DNA of 64,000 nt from Heptranchias perlo (lineage: Eukaryota), in NCBI RefSeq assembly GCF_035084215.1, contig NC_090335.1, positions 62,868,001-62,932,000 of the forward strand. Reading direction: 5' to 3'. This document shows positions 48,462-61,790 of the stretch, piece by piece (the stretch's first letter is position 1; each line of letters opens with the position of its first letter). Both the position numbers and the translations under genes were made by a program. Below the pieces are notes generated by a model. It had not been told where the DNA came from, searched no databases, and worked only from the letters and a program-made list of their open reading frames with translations.

Positions 48462-50680
48462 ATAAATGTAAGGAGTCTTACAACACCAGGTTATAGTCCA
48501 ACAGCTTTATTTGAAATCACAAGCTTTCGGAGCTTTCCTCCTTCGTCAGGTGAGTGCAGGGTTCCATAAAGGCACGGCATATATAGGCAGAGAACAATGC
48601 CTGGTGATTACAGATAATCTTTCCAACTGCCCATTATCACACCTCGGCAGAGAGATAGTCACAGCAATCAAAGGAGTGGATGGTGTTCAGACAGAGAAAC
48701 ATTACATCCAAGACTACTGAATACACAAGCGGTCAGAACACAAAGACAGAGAGAGAGAGAGAGAGACACCCGAAAGGCAGAGAGAGAGAGAGATTGACCA
48801 GTTGTATTAAAAACAGATAATTTTTTTTTCGCTGGTGGGGTTACATGTAGCATGACATGAACCCAAGATCCTGGTTGAGGCCGTCCTCACGGGTGCAGAA
48901 CTTGGCTATCAATTTCTGCTCGACGATTTTGCATTGTCGTGTGTCTCGAAGGCCGCCTTGGAGAACACTTACCCGAAGATCGGAGGCTGAATGTCCTTGA
49001 CTGCTGAAGTGTTCCCCGACTGGGAGGGAACCCTCCTGTCTGGCGATTGTTACGCGGTGTCCGTTCATCCGTTGTCGCAGTGTCTGCATCGCCTCGCTGA
49101 TGTACCATGCTCCGGGGCATCCTTTCCTGCAACGTATGAGGTAGACAACGTTGGCCGAGTCGCAGGAGTATGAACCATGTACCTGGTGGGTGGTGTACTC
49201 TCGTGTGATGGTGGTATCTGTGCCGATGATCTGGCATGTCTTGCAGTGGTTGCCGTGGCAGGGTTGTGTGGTGTCATGGACGCTGTTCTCCTGAAAGCTG
49301 GGTAATTTGCTGCGAACGATGGTCTGTTTGAGGTTAGGTGGCCATTTGAAGGCGAGTAGTGGAGGCGTGGGGATGGCCTTAGCGAGGTGTTCGTCGTCAT
49401 CGATGACATGTTGAAGGCTGCGAAGAACATGGCGTAGTTTCTCCGCTCCGGGGAAGTACTGGACGACGAAGGGTACTCTGTTGGTTGTGTCCCGTGTTTG
49501 TCTTCTGAGGAGGTCGATGCGATTTTTCGCTGTGGCCCGTCGGAACTGTCGATCGACGAGTCGAGCGTCATTTCCCGTTCTTACGAGGGCGTCTTTCAGC
49601 GTCTGTAGGGGTCCATCGCGTTCCTCCTCGTCTGAGCAGATCCTGTGTATTCGCAGGGCCTGTCCATAGGGGATGGCCTCTTTGACGTGGTTAGGGTGGA
49701 AGCTGGAAAAGCAGAGCATCGTGAGGTTGTCCATGGGCTTGTGGTAGAGTGAGATGCTGAGGTGCCCGTCTTTGATGGAGATTCGTGTGTCCAAGAAAGA
49801 AACCGATTCTGAGGAGTAGTCCATGGTGAGCTTGATGGTGGGATGGAACTTGTTGATGTTATCGTATAGTTCAGCGATTCTTCGCTGTGGGTCCATAGGA
49901 AGAAAATGTCGTCGATGTATCTGGTGTATAGTGTTGGTTGGAGGTCCTGTGCAGTGAAGAAGTCATGCTCGAACTTGTGCATGAAAATGTTGGCGTATTG
50001 GGGTGCGAATTTGGTCCCCATGGCTGTTCCGTGTGTTTGGGTAAAGAACTGGTTATCGATGGTGAAGACATTGTGATCCAGGATGAAGCGGATGAGTTGT
50101 AGGATGGCGTCTGGAGATTGGCTGTTGTTGGTGTTGAGTACTGAGGCTGTTGCAGCGATGCCGTCATCGTGGAGGATACTGGTGTAGAGTGCCGAGACGT
50201 CCATCGTGGTGAGAAGTGTTCCTGGTTCAACTGGTCCGTGGGTGCTGAGTTTCTGTAGGAAGTCTGTAGTGTCGCGACAGAAGTTGGAGATTCCCTGTAC
50301 GATGGGTTTCAGGATGCCCTCGACGTATCCAGAAAGGTTCTCACACAGGGTTCCGTTGCCTGATACGATAGGACGTCCGGGTGTGTTGGCTTAGTGTATC
50401 TTTGGGAGGCAGTAGAAGTCTCCCACGCGGGGAGTACGTGGGATGAGAGTGCGTAGGATGCTTTGAAGGTCTGGATCGAAGGTCTTGATCAGTTTGTTGA
50501 GCTGTTGGGTGTGTTCTTTGGTCGGATCTGTGGGTAACCGTCTGTAGTGTTCCTGGTTGTCCAATTGTCGGTATGCTTCTTTGCAATAGTCCGTTCTGTT
50601 CTGTATGACGATGGCTCCTCCTTTGTCCGCTGGTTTAATGACGATACTGCGGTTGGTCTTGAGAGCGTCGATGGCGTAGC
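48462..50680 (-). mobile_element. Penelope-like retroelement, 5'-truncated, RT plus GIY-YIG
   Basis: IKPADKGGAIV, YCLPKIH, DVSALYT, GTAMG, RYIDD, SANVVYLIRC...YISE...LRQRMNGH...VGEHF; one stop and frameshifts. Confidence 0.93.
48517..48553 (-). ncRNA. Minimal type I hammerhead ribozyme motif in the Penelope pLTR
   Basis: UCAC-CUGACGA-A-GGAG-GAAAG-CUCC-GAAA-GCUU-GUGA: core, stem II, palindromic stem III, and stem I UCAC/GUGA. Confidence 0.7.
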
Positions 50681-52596
50681 ATTTTGATCCAGCGACGATG
50701 AAGGAACGGCGATATATTTCCAAGTCAGGATGGTGTGTGACTTGGAGGGGAACGTGCAGGTGGTGTTGTTCCCATGCGCCTGCTGCTCTTGTCCTTCTAG
50801 GTGGTAGAGGTCGCGGGTTTGGGAGGTGCTGTCGAAGAAGCCTTAGCGAGTTGCTGCAGTGCATCCTGTGGATGGTACACACTGCAGCCACAGTGTGCCA
50901 GTGGTGAAGGGAGTGAATGTTTAGGGTGGTGGATGGGGTGCCAATCAAGCGGGCTGCTTTGTTCTAGATGGTGTCGAGCTTCTTGAGTGTTGTTGGAGCT
51001 GCATTCATCAAGGTAAGTGGAGAGTATTCCATCACACTCCTGACTTGTGCCTTGTAGATGGTGGAAAGGCTTTGGGGAGTCAGGAGGTGAGTCACTCGCT
51101 GCAGAATACCCAGCCTCTGACCTGCTCTCGTAGCCACAGTATTTATATGGCTGGTCCAGTTAAGTTTCTGGTCAATGATGACCCCCAGGATGTTGATGGT
51201 GGGGGATTCGGCGATGGTAATGCCGTTGAATGTCAAGGGAAGGTGGTTAGACTCTCTCTTGTTGGTCATTGTCTGGCGCGAATGTTACTTGCCACTTATC
51301 AGCCCAAGCCTGGATGTTGTCCAGGTCTTGCTGCATGCGGGCTTAGACTGCTTCATTATCTGAGGGGTTGCGAATGGAACTGAACACTGTGCAATCATCA
51401 GCGAACATCCCCATTTCTGACCTTATGATGGAGGGAAGGTCATTGATGAAGCAGCTGAAGATGGTTGGGCCTAGGACACTGCCCTGAGGAACTCCTGGGG
51501 CTGAGATGATTGGCCTCCAACAACCACTACCATCTTCCTTTGTGCTAGGTATGACTCCAGCCACTGGAGAGTTTTCCCCCTAATTCCCATTGACTTCAAT
51601 TTTACTAGGGCTCCTTGGTGCCACACTCGGTCAAATGCTGCCTTGATGTCAAGGGCAGTCACTCTCACCTCACCTCTGGAATTCAGCTCTTTTGTCCATG
51701 TTTGGACCAAGGCTGTAATGAGGTCTGGAGCTGAGTGGTCCAGGTGGAACTCAAACTGAGCATCGGTGAGCAGGTTATTGGTGAGTAAGTGCCGCTTGAT
51801 AGCACTGTCGACGACACCTTCCATCACTTTGCTAATGATTGAGAGTAGACTGATGGGGTGGTAATTGGCCGGATTGGATTTGTCCTGCTTTTTGTGGACA
51901 GGACATACCTGGGCAATTTTCCACATTGTCGGGTAGATGCTAGTGTTGTAGCTGTACTGGAACAGCTTGGCTAAAGGCGCAGCTAGTTCTGGAGCACAAG
52001 TCTTCAGCACTACAGCCGGGATGTTGTCGGGGCCCATAGCCTTTGCTGTATCCAGTGCACTCAGCCGTTTCTTGATATCACGCGGAGTGAATCGAATTGG
52101 CTGAAGACTGGCTTCTGTGATGGTGGGGATAGCGGGAGGAGGCCGAGATGGATCATCCACTCGGCATTTCTGGCTGAAGATGGCTGCAAACGTTTCAGCC
52201 TTGTCTTTTGCACTCACGTGCTGGACTCTGCCATCATTGAGGATGGGGATGTTTGCAGAGCCTCCTCCTCCCGTTAGTTGTTTAATTGTCCACCACCATT
52301 CACGACTGGAAGTGGCAGGACTGCAGAGCTTTGATCTGATCCGTTGGTTGTGGAATCGCTTAGCTCTGTCTATAGCATGTTGCTTCCACTGTTTAGCATG
52401 CATGTAGTCCTGAATTGTAGCTTCACCAGGTTGGCACCTCATTTCTAGGTACGCCTGGTGCTGCTCCTGGCATGCTCTTCTACACTCCTCATTGAACCAG
52501 GCAAGATCTTGTCTCGCAGCACTGACTCAACAACCTAGCAGGTTTATACAAAGTGAATTTCATCCTCGGCATGAGTATAGTGGTTTTTAATAACCT

Positions 52597-52760
52597 GGGG
52601 CTAGATCTTGACTTTGTGTAATAATGTAAAATGGGTGATAGCGAGTCGGCAGCCCGATTGACATCTCTCCCAATTTTTATTTCCAATGGAGAGATGTAAA
52701 ACACTGCTGACTCGCTATCACCTGTTTTACGTTATCACACAAAATCAAGACCTACCCCCC
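52597..52760. mobile_element. Palindromic MITE
   Basis: TCTTGACTTTGTGTAATAATGTAAAATGGGTGATAGCGAGTC ... GACTCGCTATCACCTGTTTTACGTTATCACACAAAATCAAGA. Confidence 0.8.
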
Positions 52761-55039
52761 CGGCGTTATTAGTAAACTAGCAACAGGAGACTTTTGATGA
52801 CAGTGGATGGCTTTGGTTTGGTTCAACGAGGCACGATCATCATTTTAAAAGCCCCGCAAGCATTTGATAAAGGTGCTATATGTTGTTTGTTATTGTTAAA
52901 GTTTGGGGCACAAATGAGAAAAAACACAGTGGTTGAACAGGTGACATTGACAGGGCATTACAGCACCTTCTTAATTTCGGAAGAAAATAAATATCTGAGA
53001 CTCGAGTCTCTTGCCTTATCAGGACAAGTTACCTCACTATGTCCATTTACAGAGACTCATTAGGACAAGTTACCTCACTGTGTCCATTTACACCTCATAT
53101 TAAAGGTAACATTCCTAAAATTACATCTGTGCTGGAATGACCACTTACGGTTCAGGGGGACTTGAAGCAACTAATCCTTTCTGGTAGCATACGCAACATG
53201 GCCATGAGTAGTGCCGAGCTGTCTAGCAGCTGCTGCTACTCCAACCTTGCTTGTAGTCAGACACAAATCAGGTACAGCCACGCCCAACTTCCTACTTCAA
53301 CCTCCAAATAAAAAGCAAATTGCTCCCAAAAGCTGCTGGTAACAGCCATTATATTCACTCGTCGTGATGGAAGAGCCAAAGACCTGTCAAACCAGAAAAA
53401 ACAATAGTGTTCTCCATTCAGACCTTAAAATTGGTCAGAGAATTACAGGAAAGTAGGCAACAGCATTTAGATGAGAGAAAAGGTTATTGGCAAATGCAAA
53501 AAAAACACTCAGCGGTAATTCCAAGTCATGGCCCTTTGTAGCTAATTCCAGTAAAGACTGTATTGAGACATCAAATTCTGAACTGACTACTTAAGAGAGG
53601 CTGTTACATAACTGAGTCTGGCTTCTATCAGTAATGACTGCAGTTGGTTTATGACAAGCCAGGTGACCACTTAATGGAACATTTATTAACCACTAGCAGA
53701 TGTTTGAGTATAATAGAGGTTTCTAATTGGTTGACTGGCAGTTTGTACTTCCTAGTAGTGACTTGCAGATTGTACGAATGCATTCACAACTCTTCAGCAA
53801 TGGTCAATGTACTCGTGCTCGCACTCCCTCCCATTAGCTAGGATATCCCTGCTAATGAGCCACCTATTTGCACATGATGTCATATTTGAGTGATGTGTAC
53901 CAATGTAAACAGTACAATTGTGCCTGAAAACGGGTGGGCAAGGGATGTGGTGCATGCTGCATGTGCTTGTTCATGTGGGCGCAGGGTCCATGTTGAATTG
54001 GTCCTCGCAGCTCATTATACTGAAACAGTCATGAAGCCAGCATTACCCACACTGCTTATTGGTTACGCGCCATATTATTTGCGGGCGGGGAATCGGGTGT
54101 CACTGATGTAATTTAAATATGATAATGAGCTTTGTCAATACTTTTGGCGCACGCCCTAAATGCCTACGGGGGCAGCCAACCCAACATGGTGGGCAGCGCA
54201 CTTCTGGCACTGGCCACCTGCCATATTGGACCCTTAGAAGCCCATTTCAGGCCTGAAAAATGGGCACAGCGCGATCCAATTTCTAGGGCAAGTAGTCATT
54301 GCCTGTCTAGTGAGTAAATGTTGCAATAAAAAAATCCTAACAACTAAATGGAAAGTGAGCCAGAGCATCCTCGGGAAAGGGCTTCCTTAAAAGTTTCTTT
54401 TGGGTGGGGCAAGATCTTTGGTTGAATATAAATAAAGGAGGTATGAGAATTGCATTCATCAGTTTGTGCTTTAATTGACTATCTATCACCAAATCTATCA
54501 TTGTTGATAAATTCCAGCAATTAATTTTAATGCGGTACTGAGGAAGGCCCACCAAATCCCAACACCGACTCCTTCTCTCCCACTGCTCTCTCCCCACCTT
54601 CTACTGCCCAAACGTCTTGGAAATATCGTTAAAGCCACTGCTTGGCCAAGGTTATTTTTACAGTAAAATTGATGAATTTTATATTTGAAAATTAATACAG
54701 AAAATATTACACAGATTAAATAAAATCAGAGATAACATTATATTTTCAGTGAGGTGTAGGATGAGCTCCAAAAGGGGTGAATTTCTCTGGGGCTTCTCCC
54801 GCTCTGTGCCACAAGTTCGGGCAGCAGCTTGCCTGTAAACGGGTGTTCCTGCCAAACCTTTGCTGAACTCGCAGCGGTGGAGTGAGAGAAACCCCGAGGA
54901 AGTTCCCAGCGCAAGACACGGTGAAACAAAAACCAGCTGCTGGCGAGATCCTATGTTCATTCCCCGTAGCGATAAAGAGCACTGTGTAGTGGAGTATTTC
55001 TTGGCTATAAGCTACACCTCAGCGATATCATGCAAAGAC

Positions 55040-55800
55040 ACGTCGGGTTCCACATGTACGCTGATGACACCCAGCTTTACCTCAGTACCACCTCTCTCGA
55101 CCCCTCCATGGCCTCTGATTTGTCACTCTGCTTGTCTGACATCCAGTACTGGATGAGCAGAAATTTCCTCCAACTAAATACTAAATATTGGGAAGACTGA
55201 AGCCATTGTCTTTGGTCCCCACCACAAACTCCGTTCTCTAGCCACCGACTCCATCCCTCTTCCTGGTCACTGTCTGAGGCCAGCAGCAATTAAAAGAAAA
55301 ATCCTTTGAATAGGCCCGAATCCTAACTCACACCTAGTCCCATTCACCTTTCACCCCTCTCCTCGCTGACCTACATTGGCTCCCGGTCCGGCAACGCCTC
55401 AATTTTAAAATTCTCATCCTTGCGCTCAAATCCCTCCATGACCTCACCCCTCCCATTCTCTGTGACCTCCTCCAGCCCTACAACCCTCCGAGATCTCTAT
55501 ACTCCTCCACTTCTGGCCTCTTGCACATCCCTGATTTTATTTGCTCCATCATTGGTGGCTGTGCCCTCAGCTGCCTAGGCATTAAGCTCTGGAATTCCCT
55601 CCCGAAACCTCTCCGCCTCTCCGCCTCTCTACCTCTCTCTTCTCCTTTAAGACAATCCTTAGAACCCACCTCTTTGACCAAGCACCTGTCCTAATATCTC
55701 CTTATGTGGTTCAGTGTCAGATTTTGTTTGATAACGCTCCTGTGAAGCGCCTTGGGATGTTTTAGTATGTAAAAGGCGCTATATGAATGCAAGATGTTGT
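55040..55800 (+). mobile_element. L2 LINE 3' fragment with internal deletion or replacement
   Basis: CACATGTACGCTGATGACACCCAG (YADDTQ); homologous to 13385-14355. Confidence 0.85.
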
Positions 55801-56274
55801 AGTGTAGGATTGATTACACGGTTGGTTATTTGCTGGCGTGGAATGGCACTTGCAGGGAATGCTGGGAAATCAACAGACTGAAAATCAAGTCCTGCAGGCT
55901 CACTATTTCCAAGTCAATGCTCCCTGCGAGTACAATTCAGCACTGGGAGGGTCCAACTGCAGACTGAACACTTATAGGTGCTAGAAACATGCTTTGATGA
56001 ATTATTTCTTCTGATTTTACTGTAGAGCTCGCACAGATGTACAATCTAACTGTAGAACCGTCAATATTAATTGATTAGATCATTCGGGAACTATGGGGCA
56101 CGAGTCAGTGCACTGCACCCCTTAAACGGTACCTGCACTTGAAACAATTTTGGAAAAGATTAGGTACGCCTCAGCATCAGTCTTTGCTAAAGTAATTATC
56201 GGATGACTAGAAGCTGCATCAGTGAGCTGGAGCCCTGAGCAGTCAGTCCAGCACCTTGACGGTGAAACAACTTG

Positions 56275-56368
56275 ACACAGAGCAGGCTCGAGGGGCCTAA
56301 TGGCCTACTCCTGCTCCTATTTCTTATGTTCTTATGTATCCACACACACACACACACACACACACACA
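56275..56368 (+). repeat. CR1 3' tail followed by (CA)n
   Basis: GCTCGAGGGGCCTAATGGCCTACTCCTGCTCCTATTTCTTATGTTCTTATG, then a CA run. Confidence 0.8.
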
Positions 56369-57509
56369 ATAAAGCAGGGCAGGAAGCCTAGTGTTAGCAC
56401 CTGGCGGCTGAGATAATTACCCTTCAGCTTTTCTTTCTGTATAATAGACACTTTGTTTGGTGCTGCATGCAGGCAGACTGCATTTTCTTTATTTTTTTTA
56501 AAACTGATTTTAGTCCAGAGGCTGTTAAGTGTACGAAGGTATTGTACGGAGAGGCTTTGATGTGGTTCCAGGCCTCAGCCGGCCAAAGGCCTATGTTTTC
56601 TCCGAGAAGCGAGCATGTGTAATATGATTTTACCTGTGAGGACAATTGCTAACATCGCAAATCCTGTTTTTTTTTAATCTGTTGAGTGAATCAACCGGAC
56701 CGGTGCATCTGTCATCAGATTAAGCACAGAATCAAAGCAGTTAATCAGCTTTGAAGTAACTTTATCGACATGCCTCACCATAAGAAAAAAAGGTGAGATC
56801 AGGTAGCGACAGATCAAAATTGTTTAAGGATCAAAAAGCTCTGTGGTATTTATTACTCACCTAATCTGGCCATTCATTTGTCAACTACATATTAAGACAC
56901 AAACTCACTGATATAAAGGTCTATAATAGTGAACTGACTGTCAACTCCAGCTGCTATTGGGCTTGCTGGAAATGTCTCCCCCATTGCCCAGCATGTAATT
57001 TGAATTCTAGTGCCTCTTCTTCTGATAAGATTAGTATCTAATCGTTTGGAAGCTTCATGTTAATATTGTTTGGAGATGAAGAGGATATGCTATACGCGAT
57101 GTAATTGAAATTCATCTTTAATAAATTACCTGTCATATCATTGCAGAAGAACCCACAGCAATGAAACAACGGGTGCAGTGTAAAGAGTGCTCTCCTCTCA
57201 TTGCACAAGTCCCTGGAGCAGTCTAGCACTAGATGCCTTCATTATATTTAGATGGAGGCATGAAAATTCGTATACTGCATCAACTTTGATGAAACAGATG
57301 TTAAAGTGAGTTAAATTGCTGAGGTTTCATTTGTTTCGTGGGTCACGAACAAAATGGGTGTCATTTCTATGACAAACTTAAATTTCAGCCAGCTAGAGGT
57401 TTTGCATGCTATTAAACACTCCCTACTAGTTGATTTTCTATTCCATGATAGTCTAAATAGGTAAGAATAGCTTTATTGAAAAGTAGTGGCAACTGCTCTC
57501 TTCCTGGCC

Positions 57510-57988
57510 ACTAGATTGATTCCTGGGATGAGAGGGTTGTCCTTTCAGGAGAGGTTGATTAGAGTGGGCCTATATTCCCTGGAATTTAGAAGAATGAGAG
57601 GTAATCTCATTGAAACATATAAAATTCTTAGAGGGCTTGGCAGGGTAGATGCTGAGAGGCTGTTTCCCCTGGCTGGAGAGTCTAGAACTAGAGGTCATAG
57701 TCTCTAGATAAGGGGTCGGCCATTTAGGACCGAGATGAGGAAAAGTTTCTTCACTCAGAGGGTTGTGAATCTTTGAAATTTTCTACCCTGGAGGGCTGTG
57801 GATGCTCAGTCGTTGAGTATCTTCAAGACTGAGATCGAGGGATGTTTGGACACTAAAGGAATCAAGGGGTATGGGGATAGGGCAGGAAAATGGAATTGAG
57901 GTTCGAAGATCAGCCATGATCTTATTGAATGGCAGAGCAGACTCCAGGGGCCGTATGGCCTACTCCTGCTCCTATTTCTTATGTTCTT
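57510..57988 (+). mobile_element. CR1 3' fragment
   Basis: LEFRRMRGNLIETYKIL; CR1 tail; abuts the next CR1 tail-to-tail. Confidence 0.88.
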
Positions 57989-59550
57989 TGAAAGAGCTAT
58001 CCAATTAGTCCCACTCCCATGCTCTCTCCCCATAGCCTTGTAAATGTTTTCTCTTCAAGTATTTATCCAGTTCTCCTTTGAAAGTTATTATTGAATCTGC
58101 TTCCACCACCCTTTCAGGCAGTGCATTCCAGATCATTACAACTCGCTGCTTAAAAAAATGGTTCTTTTGCCAGTCACCTTAAATCTGTATCCTCTGGTTA
58201 CTAACCTTTTTGCAACTGGAAACAGTTTCTCTTGTTTACTCTATCAAAACTGTTCATGATTTTGAACACCTCTATCAAATCTCCTCTTAACCTTCTCTGC
58301 TCTAAGAAGAACAACCCCAGATTCTCCAGTCTCTCCACATAACTGGAAAGCCTCATCCCTGGTACAATTCTAGTAAATCTCTTCTGCACCCTCTCTAAGG
58401 CCTTGACATCCTTCCTAAAATGTGGTCCCCAGTATTGAACACAATACTCCAGCTGAGCCCTAACCAGTGTTTTATAAAGGTTTAGCATAACTTACTTGCT
58501 TTTGTACTCTAAGCCTCTTATTAGTTTTTTTAACAGCCTTCTCAACTTGTCTTGCCATGTACAAAAATTTGTGTGCACACACCCCCAGGTCTCTCTCTTC
58601 CTGCACCCCCTTTAAAATTGTACCATTTAATTTATATTGCTTCTCCTCATTCTTCCTACCAAAATGTATCACTTCACATTTCTCTGCGTTAAATTTCATC
58701 TGCCATGAATCTGCCCATTTCACCAGTCTGTCTATGTCCGCCTGAAGTCCGTTACTATGCTCCACATTGTTTACTACAATTCCAAGTTTCGTGTCACCTG
58801 CAAACTTTGAAATTATACGCTATATCCCCAAGTCCAGGTCATTAATATACATCAAAAAGAGCAGTGGTCTTAATACTGACCCCTGGGGAACACCACTGTA
58901 TACTTGCCTCCAGTCTGAAAAACAACCGTTCACCACTACTCTCTGCTTTCTGTCCCTTAGCCAATTTCATATCCACGCTGCCACTGTCCCTTTAATCTCA
59001 TGGGCTTTAATTTTGCTAACAAGTCTATTGTGTGCTATTTTATCAAATGCCTTTTGAAAATCCATAGATGCAAAATCAATCGCACTACCCTCATCAGCCC
59101 TTTCCTTTAGTTCATCAAAGAACTCAATCAAGTTAGTCAAACACAATTTTCCTTTAACAAATCCGTGCTCACTTTCATTTATCAGTCTACGCTGTTCCAT
59201 GTGGCAATTAATTTTTTCCTGCGTTAGTGTCTCTAAAAGTTTCCCCACCACTGTCGTTAGGCTGACTGGCCTGTAATTGCCTGTTTATCCCTCTTCCCTT
59301 TTTTGAACAGGGGTGTAGCATTTGCAATCCTCCAGTCCTCTGGCACCACTCCCATATCTAAGGAGGATTGGAAGATTGTGGTCAGAGCCTCCGCAATCTC
59401 TACCTTTACTTCCTCAGTAACCTAGGCTGCATCCTATCTGGACCGGGTGACTTCTCTGCTTTGAGTACAGCCAGCCTTTTAAGTACCTCCCCTTTGTTTA
59501 TTTTTATCTTATCCAGTATTGTCACTACCTCCTCCTTTACTATTACATTC
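57989..59550 (-). mobile_element. CR1 LINE RT fragment, degenerate
   Basis: EHGFVKGKLCLTNL, DFQKAFD, WQMKFNAEKC, LEYCVQYW. Confidence 0.92.
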
Positions 59551-59769
59551 CTACTCCTACTCAGAATCAATCTACCTTTCTGCTTAGAAATGTTCTGTGT
59601 TTATCAAATCTCTAAGAACTGATTCCTTTTACTCTTCCAAGTATTATCCGATTGCCCTTACATGATTATTTTCTAAAGCTTCAATTAATGCTCAAAGTAT
59701 CCAAGATCATGATCTTTTGAACCTAATTCATTGGTCTTGTTTTCAGCAATATTGTTCCACTGATGATTT

Positions 59770-61790
59770 TTTCCGACATTATGCGACTCTGGAATTCTTC
59801 TCTTGAACACATTGGTGATTCATTTGTCATAACCATATCCAAAGCTTTTGGCACAGCCTGGTACTTTGCTTGTTTAAACATGTTACCATATATGGTCTGT
59901 TACGTTTTAGGGCCTCATGAGTGTTAAGGATCGCTCGTATAAAAGTGAGCTCTCAGTCCCTACAAACTGATGTGTGATCTTATCTGGTAATGTAGCATTG
60001 TCTAGGGATCAAACGGATATCAGTTACTGTAATTATCTCACTGAATTGACATAAGCCCGCTTGTGCTCTTTTAGTCTGGATAGGAGAATAATAAGCACTC
60101 TATTAGCTATGAATGAGTTTTGTTAAAAGAAAAAGTTAAACAGTAGCAAAAAGTCAATATAGGAGATTTCACCTGGTTACAGAACTTTTTGCTTACACCT
60201 CCTCAGAGGCAAAAATAGCTACACTGGACCAGCCTTTGTAATGCAAATATATATATGTGGTTTAGTCTATCTTCATGAAGTCCCCATGCATTGACTGTGG
60301 GCTGCAGTACAGAGAAATAGGAAGAATTGAACAGCTACATCATGTTTGGTTGAAATCTACCTCCCATTTTCTTTGAAGTACAAACTGGTACAAAGGAAAT
60401 CAAATATGTATTTTGTAGAGTTAAATAAAGTTGTTAGTCATTCATTGGATTTCACAGAGGTCATCTACTGCCATGAAGTTGCCTTTGGAGAGCCTGCTGA
60501 TTCTATATAGACATAAATCCACTTGACACCTTGTTGCGGCTCTCCTTTTGACTTCAATGGCTCTCCACAAAACAAACCAGGCAGTTGTAGCAAATGACGT
60601 GGTTATATCAATTGTTACAGTGTCTGCAATCAAAGCACATTCACATGTCAAAAATGCAATGTCTCTGTGAACAGTTCCCCCACAGTGGCATTTATACATT
60701 TTCAGCCATGTATGAAGAATGTGGATTCAACTCCAAACCAGATATAAACCAGCAACCAAAAGTAAAATGAATACCAAAGTCCAATGTCCATCTAGCTTAT
60801 CTATCATTTTTATCATATCTATCAATCATATCTTTCTATCAATCTATCATTAAAAACCTTACATAGGACAGCATTTCCTGTCCACTAACCTTACTTCCTT
60901 TTGTCATAACTGTTGTTCATGCTTTTCTGTCAACATTTACTATTGTAAATTGCTATGCCAGCATTTCCCATTTATTCTTCTATGTCACCTGTCATGATGT
61001 AGTTACAGGCTCTGGCCGCTAGGTAGCTCTGTGTAGTGACTTCTGAATTCTCTCTCCCAACTCTATTGCTCCCATCTTGTATACAAAGAAAAACATTTCC
61101 TGTTTGGGGGAAGAAGGGCATTAAGCATGGAGCAGTGGCAGGACCAGGCAAGGGGGTGGGAGTGCTTGGGGTGCTGGGGCATGGGGCATGGGTTTTTTAA
61201 TAGTGGCTTCTCCATCACTGCCTGTTTCAGCTGCATTATGGGGTGTCTGCCTAATCTGAATGAAAGACGTGGACCCAATGAGCCTTGTGCACAGGCTTCC
61301 TGTTATCTTTGTGTTCTCTTTGCGATGCCATGGGCACATTGTAGATTTCAGGCTTCTGAGCCCATTAATATAGGGAACCCATGTTTGAATTATCAGCCGC
61401 ACAGAGTCTATCTTTGACCGATGTCCCTATCCAACATGAAATATGGCCCTTTATCAAAACCATGTTTGTGTCCTGCATTTGATGGCCCAGCTGCTGACTC
61501 TTCCTCCATCACCTCAGGAGTTTCCTTGGGCTCTGTACTCACACTTCCGTTCCTTCTCCATATCAATGACCTCCATTTGACCTCCAATGAGCTACATTTT
61601 GGCTGTTCTCACAGCTGTACATTGATCAACCTCCTTCACTCACATGCCCTTAATGCACACATTCATTCATCTCACTGTGCAGTGATCGATTCATTGCAGT
61701 TTGATCTCTTCCAGACCCCTCAATGGGGTAAAGGCGATCTAATTTCATTTAATTATTTGAAGACAAGGGGACCAATTTTCCTCTTGGCCT
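59770..61790 (+). mobile_element. Two separated remnants of an ancient LINE RT (59770-59900 and 61490-61790)
   Basis: ISKAFGTAW (DISKAFDxVW-like) in the first part; SGVSLGSVL...LLHINDL...SLQFDL...QWG...ISFN in the second. Confidence 0.5.

Larger units (their letters stand above)
48305..52500 (-). mobile_element. Poly(A)-tailed LINE (same family as 19405-21700), split by a Penelope element
   Basis: ORF 51471-52442 (GPDNIP, NYHPISLLS, LDIKAAFDRVWH), [15 protein letters not shown]; 3' end resumes at 48461-48305. Confidence 0.88.

Noticed and set aside
50391-50948. 185-aa ORF as a novel gene
   Set aside because: Read-through across a LINE/Penelope junction
52997-53092. 14-bp palindrome plus 31-bp direct duplication
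   Set aside because: Consistent with a small local duplication or repair scar; no further structure
60442-60699. 85-aa minus-strand ORF
   Set aside because: No motif, no convincing splice sites, length within chance expectation
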